Of a DNA stretch of 64,000 nucleotides, positions 30,875 to 39,883 are shown one piece after another. The stretch is from positions 48,018 to 112,017 of IMG/VR virus record IMGVR_UViG_3300028800_000005. The stretch is one strand, 5' to 3'. Both the position numbers and the translations under genes were made by a program. Source of the stretch: a virus. Each line of letters starts with the position of its first letter. Position 1 is the first letter of the stretch. A model generated the notes under the pieces. The model was not told where the DNA came from, did no database searches, and saw nothing but the letters and a program-made list of their open reading frames with translations.

Positions 30875-31858
30875 ATGATCGACCCGCGTTTCTTCGAGAA
30901 GGCTGCCTCCGGGCAGCCTGCTCCCTCTACGGAGGGAGGTGCCTCCGGGTACTTCTCCCGGCCAGAGCCGATGCTGGACCCTAACCTGTTCGAGAACGGG
31001 CGCTTGCGTGAGAAGGTGCGCAATCACCTGCTCGGAACGCTGGTTAACTGGCTAGACGAGACTATGGCTGCCCATGAGATGCAATCCTGGCTGCATGTCT
31101 GGCTGGCTGGCAGCGGCATCAGTTACCAGTGGGCGGCCAGTCGTGGCAACGGTGACCTTGACGTCCTGTTCGGCGTTAACCTCGGTAAGTTCCAGGCCGC
31201 TAACCATGGCTGGGACTGGTCGGAGGCTGAGACAGCCGCCCAGGTAAACGACGGTATGAAGGAAGGACTCTGGCCGTCGACAGCACAGACCAGGTTCGGC
31301 TTCGGTACCTATGAGGTCACGTACTTCTGGAACCCGGGGACCGGAAGTGACATCAAGAAGATCCACCCGTACGCCGCGTACGACCTGGTGAAGGACAAGT
31401 GGGCAGTACCCCCTCCGCAGCTCCCAGAGATCCCTGGAGAGCTTTACCCCCAGGACTGGTACATCCAGGCCGGGAAAGACTCCGAGGCCGCCCTGAGGCT
31501 CACACGGGCCTTTAACGAGCATATCCAGAAGTACTCGGACGCAATGCCAGGCTCAATGACCCAGCATAACTCCGGAGCGGCCCTGAACGGCATCGTCGCG
31601 GAGGCGAATAACCTATTCACGGACATGCACACCGGACGCCGTGCCGCCTTCAGCGACCAGGGCCAGGGCTACGGCGACTACGCTAACTTCCGGTGGCAAT
31701 TCAATAAGTTGAATGGAGCAGTGCAAGCCCTTTCCCAGATAGCAAACGTTGGTAAGGAAGCGCGGCGGCAACAAGAGACGGAGCAATGGGGAGCGCCCAT
31801 CGATGGGGCAGAGATCGCGCTCCGTCGGGCAGTACAACAGTACCGAGGTCGTTTGTGA
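30875..31858 (+). CDS. nucleotidyltransferase (Pol-beta superfamily)
   Basis: WLAGSGISYQW...GDLDVLF (GS..DxD); YEVTY; AYDL. Confidence 0.75.
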   Translation: MIDPRFFEKAASGQPAPSTEGGASGYFSRPEPMLDPNLFENGRLREKVRNHLLGTLVNWLDETMAAHEMQSWLHVWLAGSGISYQWAASRGNGDLDVLFGVNLGKFQAANHGWDWSEAETAAQVNDGMKEGLWPSTAQTRFGFGTYEVTYFWNPGTGSDIKKIHPYAAYDLVKDKWAVPPPQLPEIPGELYPQDWYIQAGKDSEAALRLTRAFNEHIQKYSDAMPGSMTQHNSGAALNGIVAEANNLFTDMHTGRRAAFSDQGQGYGDYANFRWQFNKLNGAVQALSQIANVGKEARRQQETEQWGAPIDGAEIALRRAVQQYRGRL

Positions 31859-31877
31859 GTGAAGAGGTCTTGCAGGT

Positions 31878-32339
31878 ATGAGGAAGACATTCGTCATCCC
31901 GGTCGAGGGTGTTATTCGCAAGGTAACAGACGGCCAGCCTATTGTGCAGATGGTAGAGCTTATCAGCTCGTTCGCCGGGGAGAACACGTTCATCTACCTG
32001 ACCGACGAGGCTGCCAATGACACCGCTGACTGGCTGAACCTCCACGGCCTTGGGCACACGCTTGTCCTCGGGCGTGATGCTGACCGGCTGATGCAGCTTC
32101 GCCGTATTCAGCATGAGTGGGGATATAACGTAGACTTCGTTATCGAGCCCGATCCTGAGGTTGTCGCGAAGCTCGTCGAGCACGGTTACCCGGTTCTAGC
32201 TTTCTTCCACCCGTACTATTCAAAGCGCGAGTGGAGACCAGATTACAAGTTCGAGGTCACCCCCTGGGACGACATCAAGGAAGGCATCGTGAAGCAGCAG
32301 GCAATGCGCGCGAACGACAGCCGCACACGGAGCGAGTAA
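31878..32339 (+). CDS. HAD-fold-like protein, catalytic Asp absent
   Basis: FVIPVEGVI (motif I degenerate), YLT, T.DWL..HGL, FVIEPDP. Confidence 0.55.
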   Translation: MRKTFVIPVEGVIRKVTDGQPIVQMVELISSFAGENTFIYLTDEAANDTADWLNLHGLGHTLVLGRDADRLMQLRRIQHEWGYNVDFVIEPDPEVVAKLVEHGYPVLAFFHPYYSKREWRPDYKFEVTPWDDIKEGIVKQQAMRANDSRTRSE

Positions 32340-33841
32340 TGTTGCTGTACATGGCAGGTGCCGAGAATAACGAGTGGAGGAACTTTCTCTCTGACCTCGG
32401 TGTCGAGTACGTCTCGATGTCCTTCGTCGGCCTGTCAAAGCGCGTAAAGGGCACGGCGAAGTGGTCGATTGCCTCGCACTTCGAGGGGCAGCATGTTCTC
32501 CTTGACGCTGGCGGGTACTCATTCAACAAGAAGGACTCCACCGCGACCGAGGAAGAGGCGATGGAGACAGCGAACGCTTACATGGCGTTCGTCACCCAGA
32601 ACATTGACGCGGTCGACCTTGTTACTGAGTTCGACGCGAATATACTCGGCCGTGACTGGCTGCTGGCGATGCGAGAGGATTTCTATGACGACCTCGGGGA
32701 CAAGTTTTGCCCAGTATGGCATGAAGACACCAGTACAACGGAACTGGAACGACTCGCGAGCCGCTACGCGCATGTGGGAGTCCTGGCTTCAGGACTTGAC
32801 GAGCACCTTGTGCCTATACTCAATGGATTGGTATCGCGTTACGGTGTCAAGTTCCACGGTCTAGGCATCACCGCGACAAAGACCTCGTTGTGCCAGGCGG
32901 TGAAGTGGGACTCGATCGGCTCCAAGAGCTGGATCTCACCGTCCATCGACGGCGATACTATCATCTGGACCGGGCAGGAGCTGAAGCGCTACCCGGCTAA
33001 GCTTAAGGACCAGGCCAGGCGACGCCACAAGAGCTACCTGGAGCGTCAGGGCTTTGACGCCGACAAGATAGTAGGGGACGACCGCAAGGAGGTTCTACGG
33101 CTCTCTGTGTGGTCCTGGCAGCAGTTCATGGAGTCGCTCGCACATGCCAGGGTGTTCAATCCTTTCGGTGGTGGCCCTATCGGAGTTACTCCCCAGGGTG
33201 ATAACGGGGATACTGAAAATGAGGAACGGCATGTAGACGGTGTTGATCACCCTGTGCCTGACCCGGGGAACCGTGGGTTGCTCCCCGCCGTCGTCGAACG
33301 ACGTGATCCCGTGCTCCTGCCGGTCATGGGAATCGAGGTAATCACCAATAAGTCCGAGGACGAAGATGGTGAGGATTTCGAGGAGCGGGTCGTAACCACG
33401 CCCGCAAAAGCACCCTTGATGCAGTGCAACACATGCCACATCAGGGACAATTGCCCGAAGGCAAAAGCGAACGCTGAGTGTGCCTACGAGATACCGATCC
33501 AGGTAACCTCGAAGAACCAGATGCGCAGGCTTCAGGACGCGCTGATTGAGATGCAATACCAGCGTGCGGCGCGGATGGTGATGTTCGAGCAGGCCCTTGG
33601 CGGATACTCAGACCAGAATGCATCGGCCGAGATAGACAGGCTTCAGAAGCTGATTAACGCCAAGCGTGAGGCAGAGAAGACAGGCTTCACCCTCCACATG
33701 GAGGCACACGACGACAAGGGCGTTGGCGTCATGAGCCGGGTGTTTGGTCGCGACGCGGGCGACGCTGTCACGGCTCTCCCTGAGGTTGTCGACGCCACAC
33801 AGTACATTGAAGCCGAGATCGTAAACGAGACGGAAGAGTAA
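32339..33841 (+). CDS. TGT/DpdA-like TIM-barrel protein with Cys-rich C-terminal domain
   Basis: LYMAG, VLLDAGGYSF, EFD, PVWH, FHGLG, DSIGS.SW; CNTC.....CP......C. Confidence 0.6.
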   Translation: MLLYMAGAENNEWRNFLSDLGVEYVSMSFVGLSKRVKGTAKWSIASHFEGQHVLLDAGGYSFNKKDSTATEEEAMETANAYMAFVTQNIDAVDLVTEFDANILGRDWLLAMREDFYDDLGDKFCPVWHEDTSTTELERLASRYAHVGVLASGLDEHLVPILNGLVSRYGVKFHGLGITATKTSLCQAVKWDSIGSKSWISPSIDGDTIIWTGQELKRYPAKLKDQARRRHKSYLERQGFDADKIVGDDRKEVLRLSVWSWQQFMESLAHARVFNPFGGGPIGVTPQGDNGDTENEERHVDGVDHPVPDPGNRGLLPAVVERRDPVLLPVMGIEVITNKSEDEDGEDFEERVVTTPAKAPLMQCNTCHIRDNCPKAKANAECAYEIPIQVTSKNQMRRLQDALIEMQYQRAARMVMFEQALGGYSDQNASAEIDRLQKLINAKREAEKTGFTLHMEAHDDKGVGVMSRVFGRDAGDAVTALPEVVDATQYIEAEIVNETEE

Positions 33842-34014
33842 CTCCCCAACGTGCGTATTCCTAACAACGGTCCCCTGGAGGGCGAGACTCAGGTCTGCCC
33901 CCGCTGCAAGGGCACCGGGTTCACGGACCAGTATGACGAGGACGTCTGCCTTACGTGTCTGGGGGAGGGCGAGGTCCCTGTGCTCCAGGTCACACGGAAG
34001 ACACCCTAGATCTG

Positions 34015-34044
34015 TTGCCAGCACCCCCATCGGCCGACTAGACT
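34015..34044 (+). promoter_or_regulatory. SigA/HrdB-type promoter
   Basis: TTGCCA-18 nt-TAGACT upstream of 34067. Confidence 0.55.
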
Positions 34045-34066
34045 GGAGTTGTCGGAAGGGGACACC

Positions 34067-35299
34067 ATGGACACCGCAGTCACCACTGAGGCACCAGAAG
34101 TGCAGGCCGACCGCTGGCTGTACCGGCTGAACGACCAGGAGCTGGTCGACACCCGCGAGAAGATCGCCAAGATGAACGCACGGGCTGCCAAGCGCGGCCT
34201 GGCTGGTGAGCTGACCGTCTCGGCCGTGAAGGTCCGCCAGACGCGCAAGCTACCGAGCGGCTTCGAGATCACCGAGTCCTGGTGGGACACTGAGATCCTC
34301 GGTGCAGCTCCCCAGTACAACGGGTGGAAGTTCATCGCTAGCCTGGACTTCGACCCGGCTGCTGGCCTGATCACCAAGACGATCCCCGGCCTGGCAGGCA
34401 AGATCGACCGCAGCAAGCTGCAAGACAACTGGTGTGACCACTGCAAGACCAGCCGGTTCCGTCGACTGGCCTACCTCCTGGAGAGTGCGACCGGCGAGCG
34501 ACTGCAAGTCGGCAGCACGTGCATCAAGGACTTCCTCGGCCAGGCGGTGCGTCCCGTGTTCACCAGTGAGGACACCATTCGCGAGGAGTTCGGCGGCTTC
34601 GGTGCCTCTGACTACGACGTCACCCCGCTGGACGTGCTCGCTATCGCGTGGGCCGCAGTTCAGGAGTTCGGTTTCGTCCGCTCTGGTGACTACGACGACG
34701 TCCCGACCAAGCGGCGCATCGATCAGGTTCTGTACCCGGCCAGCAAGGGCCAGGCTGCCATCGACGACCGGGCCCTGGGTGAGAGGCTCCGTCCGCTGGC
34801 TGCCAAGGCTGCCGAGCAGGCCAAGCTGATTCAGTCCTACATCCTCAGCGACGAGTTCAGCGGCGACAGTGAGTACGTTCAGAACCTCAAGCAGATCGCC
34901 GGGGCCGAGCGGGTCGGCCGGAGGTTCTTCGGTCTCCTCGCTAGCGCGCCGCAGGCGTGGGCCAAGTCGGTCGAGCGGGACCTGCGCCGCCAGGCCGAGC
35001 AGGCTGAGATCAAGAACGAGTTCTTCGGCTACGTCAAGGACAGGATTGAGCTTACCGTCCGCATCAAGTCCATCCGCTACTTCGATGGAGCCTACGGGAC
35101 CACCACCTTGTACACCCTGGTTACCGACGACGGTCACCTGGCGCAATGGTGGGCATCCAATTCCGCACTGGGAAATGAGGTCACCAATCACAGCTACCTA
35201 GTCAAGGCCACGATCAAGGGCCACGAAGATTACCAGGACACCAAGTACACAAAGCTCACGCGGGTCACTGTCCTAGAAGACATCCCCGGAGAGGAGTAA
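34067..35299 (+). CDS. conserved phage protein (Zn motif plus probable C-terminal OB fold)
   Basis: CDHC...R.R....QVGSTC.KDFLG; C-terminal beta-rich ATIKGHEDY...TKLTR. Confidence 0.65.
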   Translation: MDTAVTTEAPEVQADRWLYRLNDQELVDTREKIAKMNARAAKRGLAGELTVSAVKVRQTRKLPSGFEITESWWDTEILGAAPQYNGWKFIASLDFDPAAGLITKTIPGLAGKIDRSKLQDNWCDHCKTSRFRRLAYLLESATGERLQVGSTCIKDFLGQAVRPVFTSEDTIREEFGGFGASDYDVTPLDVLAIAWAAVQEFGFVRSGDYDDVPTKRRIDQVLYPASKGQAAIDDRALGERLRPLAAKAAEQAKLIQSYILSDEFSGDSEYVQNLKQIAGAERVGRRFFGLLASAPQAWAKSVERDLRRQAEQAEIKNEFFGYVKDRIELTVRIKSIRYFDGAYGTTTLYTLVTDDGHLAQWWASNSALGNEVTNHSYLVKATIKGHEDYQDTKYTKLTRVTVLEDIPGEE

Positions 35300-35827
35300 G
35301 AATGCAGGCAGCACAGCCAGACAGCCGGTACGCTTACCGGCTAGTCTGCGGAGACATAGGCCTTGGTTCAAAGGACCTATCGGAGCACGACCACCTGTTT
35401 TGCGCAGTTCACCGGAATTATGAGCGCATCGCAGGGTTCGGCATCAGGTGGAGCAGGCTCCAGGCTGAAGCCGCAAGTGAGAGTGCCAGTGTTGTCTAGG
35501 TAGGAGGTGATCCTCTATCTCCCCTGTCGGAGGGGTAATTTCGACAACACGATCCGGTCCCCGGTATACTGGGGATCGGATCATTTATTGGAGGAACATG
35601 GACGTCAACGACTACATCAGGGGCCTTTCGGACCAGGATCTGAAGAAGGAGATCCGCCGTCGTAACGAAGAGGTCGCGCGTGAGGCCCGTGAGTGGATGG
35701 AACGGGAGTACCGGGAGCGGCAGGCTGTACGGGCCGGTGCCAGGTCTGAGTTCTGCGCGGCACAGGGTATCACACCGGAGCAGTTCGAGGCCGTCGAAGA
35801 CTACCTGGACGAAGAAGCGAATTCGTA

Positions 35828-36379
35828 ATGCTCTCTGACCTACCGCAGCCAGGAACAATCGGGCTAACTGCGATCGACGGCCAGGTCGGCAAGGCAATTC
35901 ACTTCCTGCAATGGCTGAATGAGAACCCGTTCAAGAACTGGTTCAAGAAGAACACCGACCCGAACTATGAGCATGTCGTGCTCTACCTCGGCGCGACGAA
36001 AGAATACCCTGAGGGTGCACTGCTTGAGGCTGAGCCCGGCGGCTCAAGGATTCGCTCGGTAGAGGAATACTCGGAGATCTACTGGTGCACGCGCATCGCG
36101 TGGAAGTTCTACAAGGCACTGCCCCTGATCGCGAACGAGGCTAAGCGTGACACCGGCATCCCGTACTCGTTCCTTGACTACCTGGCGCTTACGCTCCGGC
36201 GAATGCACTTCTGGTTCCCAGGGATGCGCAGGTATCTCAAGGCCATTGGGCACCAGATCTGCTCCCAGCTAGCTGTCTGGGAGTACGAGAAGCACGGCTG
36301 TTACCTGTTCCCACACGAGTGGGCCGGGGATGAAACGCCGATGGATATCTACTACCTGGATCAGAAACTAGGAAAGTAA
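35828..36379 (+). CDS. permuted papain-like NlpC/P60 (YiiX-type) enzyme
   Basis: His before Cys: EHVVLYLG..LEAEPGG...PYS...ICSQL...TP. Confidence 0.7.
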   Translation: MLSDLPQPGTIGLTAIDGQVGKAIHFLQWLNENPFKNWFKKNTDPNYEHVVLYLGATKEYPEGALLEAEPGGSRIRSVEEYSEIYWCTRIAWKFYKALPLIANEAKRDTGIPYSFLDYLALTLRRMHFWFPGMRRYLKAIGHQICSQLAVWEYEKHGCYLFPHEWAGDETPMDIYYLDQKLGK

Positions 36380-37049
36380 TGGCACTACTCGATTACAAGC
36401 CGCAGGGCAAGGGCACACTGGGAAGCTACGTCCGCTTCGCCCCTGGGGAGATCGACCACGCCGTCGATGCCCCGGGGCTTGGCGTCATCACATATTACGG
36501 GACCAGGCGACGAGGTGAGTACGTCGACATCACGGCCGATAACATGAAGGCTATAGAGCTTGTCCCTGGCATGGAGGCCGAGCAGGATAACGGCAAGGCC
36601 CAGACGTTGTCACGAATGCCCAAGGATTTCTCGCAGGAGCAGCGTGAGGTTACCTGGTACGCACTTCTGGGAGGCCGACGTGCCAGGCACTGAGCAGGCG
36701 CAAGGGTGGGGCATGGGCGCGTACGCGATGTGGGGTGCGAGCGCGTTTACTAAGCATAGTCTCATGGCTGATGTTACCCCCAGCGCGTCTAGCCCGGGGC
36801 TGCGTGAGATCTACTGCTGGCAGTGCGGGACGCTGGCCCTTAGGACGTACTCGTACCAGACGACGTACACCTGCAAGGTCTGTGAATGCTCAGGCAAGCT
36901 GACTCCAGATGAAGGGCGGAAGTCGTTCACTGACCCGAGGACGACCAATATGTTCCGTGGGGTGACGACGGTGACTCACGAACGGTACCTGGACTTCGGT
37001 GACCCTGAGGTGTCCAGGATGAACGGCAGCCCGGCTTGACCCACCTTAC

Positions 37050-37082
37050 AACCCCCTCTGTACGGCCCAGAGGGGGTTTTTT
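37050..37082 (+). terminator. rho-independent terminator
   Basis: AACCCCCTCTG-loop-CAGAGGGGGTT followed by a T run. Confidence 0.85.
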
Positions 37083-37347
37083 CATGCCCTCTTATTTTGC
37101 GTTCAGCAGGACGCGGGCGGGTATGATTGTGGTATGCCCATAGACGTCGACTGGTCCCACCGGCACCACATGGTCAAGTGCCCTGTGTGCCACGTGCTGC
37201 ACTGTGCTTGCCAGTGCCCGCGTGACCGCTGGCGCTACGACATTGTTGTCCGCCGGGCGGCTGACGGGCTGATGTACTGGGACGCTAGCGAGCACGCCTG
37301 GTGCAAGGTCATAGGCTCGAAGCACGAATCCGACTGGAGGCAGCACA

Positions 37348-37551
37348 TTGAGCGCAACTGAGGTACTAAGTTCCCTTCAGTTCAAGAGGCACCCCGTGAG
37401 GGCCGCAGCGCAACGTGTGCACGCTGCTGAGAAGCACGCGGCTGGTCGCCTCGGCCACGGTGTCGACCGGGCGCTAGACGCCCTTGAGGGCCCGCATGAC
37501 CCAGGGAACTGGAACGATCACCCGGATGACATCGGGGAGATCACACCGTGA
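37348..37551 (+). CDS. QF-leader small protein
   Basis: TTG start with GGAGG SD; MSATEVLSSLQF. Confidence 0.55.
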   Translation: MSATEVLSSLQFKRHPVRAAAQRVHAAEKHAAGRLGHGVDRALDALEGPHDPGNWNDHPDDIGEITP

Positions 37552-37711
37552 CTGAGGATCGTGACCAGGCGGCCCTGACCCTGCTGAAGATGATGTCCGA
37601 GCTGAACTTCGACCAGATAGCGTTCCTCGTCGGTTACATGACTATCAAGGACATCGACCTCGCAGCCAGGGCAATGACAGCACTCCAGTTCACCGACGTC
37701 GGGCAGGTCAA

Positions 37712-38086
37712 ATGAGCGCACAAGAGAATTTGAATCCTCAGCAGTTCTATCATGGTTCTAACCAGGAGTTCAAGCCAGGTGACATGCTGACTCCTGCGGG
37801 CGGTAAAGCCCACGCTGACTCCTGGGATAACAAGGATTACTCGCCGGGAGAGTACGTCCACACGACGCTTGACCCAGGGACGGCACATCTTGTCGCGGGG
37901 CGAAAGAACGATTACGAAGGGCTAGGTCACGTCTACACGGTAGAGCATACCGGCCCGGTAGAAGAGGACAAGTCGATGAACGCCGACATGCAGTCCGCCG
38001 GAGCGAGGAACTTCCGCACCAAGAGCCCTGTACGTGTCACCGGGGAAGATCATGACTGGTGGGAACGCCAGCAGAGGGGCGTGTAA
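37712..38086 (+). CDS. Arr-like ADP-ribosyltransferase 1 (QF leader)
   Basis: FYHGS...FKPGDML.P, YVHTTLD, HVYTVEHTG.VEED, FRTKSPVRVTGE. Confidence 0.75.
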   Translation: MSAQENLNPQQFYHGSNQEFKPGDMLTPAGGKAHADSWDNKDYSPGEYVHTTLDPGTAHLVAGRKNDYEGLGHVYTVEHTGPVEEDKSMNADMQSAGARNFRTKSPVRVTGEDHDWWERQQRGV

Positions 38087-38364
38087 TGGCAGCCACAGAT
38101 AACCTGAATCCCCACCAGTTCTACCACGGGTCGGACCATAAGTTCGGCCGAGGGGCAATGGTGAAGCCAGGGCATGCCCCGCTGAATTCACCGTCCCCTG
38201 AGGAGCACGCTTACTTCGCGCGGACGCCGGAAGAGGCAGAGGGATACGGAAGGTACGTCCATGCGGTAAACCCGACAGGGGACTACGAGGACGACCCTAA
38301 CGCACAGGGGGCACTGCGCTCACGTGATCCCCTGCGCGTCCGGTATACCCACTCGACGTCCTAA
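38086..38364 (+). CDS. Arr-like ADP-ribosyltransferase 2 (QF leader)
   Basis: FYHGS, HAYFA, VNPTGDYEDDPN, RSRDPLRV. Confidence 0.8.
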   Translation: MAATDNLNPHQFYHGSDHKFGRGAMVKPGHAPLNSPSPEEHAYFARTPEEAEGYGRYVHAVNPTGDYEDDPNAQGALRSRDPLRVRYTHSTS

Positions 38365-38721
38365 ATGAATTCGGGAGTGTAATGGCAGCGCAAGATAACC
38401 TGAATAAGAAGCAGTTCTACCACGGTACTAGCGCTGCCCTGAAGCCTGGCGATTACCTGTCTCCCAAGGGCGCTAATGAGTTCGGCAGGCATGAGACGGA
38501 GAGCGGGAGAAGCCACGTCTACGCAACACTCGATGAGGACACAGCGTGGGGGTACGCCATAGACCATGCAGGGTCCGTCGACCGGGCTCACGTCTACCAG
38601 GTTCAGCCAACGGGGAAGACAGAGCCCGACCCGAATGCCGGTGAGTACCCGGCTATAAGGACACGCGCTCGCATGAAGGTCACACGGGAACTGGCCTACT
38701 AGCGCTAAATGAATTCGGGAG
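38361..38721 (+). repeat. 17-bp perfect direct repeat CTAAATGAATTCGGGAG (38361-38377, 38705-38721)
   Basis: Exact match flanking the third ART gene. Confidence 0.85.
38382..38702 (+). CDS. Arr-like ADP-ribosyltransferase 3 (QF leader)
   Basis: FYHGT..LKPGD.L.P, HVYAT, VYQVQPTG..EPDPN, RT...KV. Confidence 0.8.
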   Translation: MAAQDNLNKKQFYHGTSAALKPGDYLSPKGANEFGRHETESGRSHVYATLDEDTAWGYAIDHAGSVDRAHVYQVQPTGKTEPDPNAGEYPAIRTRARMKVTRELAY

Positions 38722-39860
38722 ATAGCAGGTTACCTAAAGCTCCCTGCCGTCCAGGCTATGGTGAACGTACAGCCAGCCGTATGACCCGTCATCCCGGTGA
38801 ACCGGATTCAAAGTCGGCCCGCAGGGACAGTCCTCTGTTACCTCATGCCGGATAATATCATCCAGGGGGTGGACGTGGAGCGTGTCGTCATCCATGGCCC
38901 TAGCCTATGCCGGTAGCCTGTGCTAAGTCAAAATGAATTTGGGCGGGGGAGATAGCCCAAGGGTAGCGCACACACATAGTGCATACACACCACGCACCAC
39001 ACTCCCAGGGGTGTCAGGAGAGTATCACCACCAGGTATACCCTCCCTCACACCTACTCCCCACCCTCCCATACCCTGTCACCTAATTAATTTGGCGAGGG
39101 GGGATATGCAGACTGACACCCCCCATACTATGTACTTGGAACCATCATGCTCAGGAGAGTAACTGTACACCCCTGATACCCTCCCTCAGCCTATGGTCCT
39201 TGGGTAAATTAATTTGGGCGGGCGGGGAGTCCAGGGGACTACCACTATTAGCTATACACATAGGGATGGGCTAAGGCACCGGGACCAGGAGTAACTATGC
39301 GGTCACTCCTACCCCTCTGGTCTAGCTACTCCCCAGTGTCCACTACCCTGTCTCACCTGGACCGGCAAATGTGCAAAGCACATTATGTCGTCCAGGTGGC
39401 CGCTTGTGGCCTCGAATTCGGGGATTTATCCCCGTATTCGCGCTGTTCACGACCAAATCTCGTAGATTTGTTCGAGAACACCCTTGTAATTACTAATTGC
39501 GCAAGCTTATTAGTAATTACTGCACTGCCATGCCCCTGGCACCGGACTGGCCACGAAATAGTAATTTCGGCGGCCAGGCCGATGGCCAGTGGTACAGGCG
39601 ACACGTGTATGTACTGCATTATCCCGCGCGCTGCGCGGAATAGATTGGTATAGGCACTCGGTAATTCCGAGGGGGGGTACCCTTTAACGGCTTTTCCCTG
39701 GATTAGCGCGGCCAGGAAATCGGGATGAACAGCCAGCGGGACTCCGGGACAGTGGCTACAGGCAGGATCTTAAATCGGTAATTCCGGGCAGTGGCCCCTA
39801 TCGGTGCACCCGGATCACGACTGGATAGCCCCCCTAATTCGGAATTAAGGCTCTGATATT
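38703..39860. repeat. non-coding region with degenerate ~135-bp repeats and AT-rich palindromes
   Basis: No credible ORF; CAGGAG(AG)TA units at 39015, 39152, 39286; AATTTGG+G-tract at 38936, 39088, 39211; inverted repeat 39486-39520. Confidence 0.7.
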
Positions 39861-39883
39861 GTTTTGCGGGGCCGCCGGGGACC

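Noticed and set aside
37712-38702. Rifampicin resistance genes (arr)
   Set aside because: The fold motifs match, but the proteins are short, divergent and multiplied, and resistance cannot be inferred. No gene symbol was assigned.
39297-39653. 118-aa ORF in the repeat region
   Set aside because: Atypical composition and overlap with palindromes; probably not coding despite an AGGAG upstream.
38703-39860. CRISPR array or integron cassette array
   Set aside because: The repeats are short, degenerate and irregularly spaced (about 120-340 bp). No cas operon or integrase is present, and the Cas4-like gene is an ordinary phage exonuclease.
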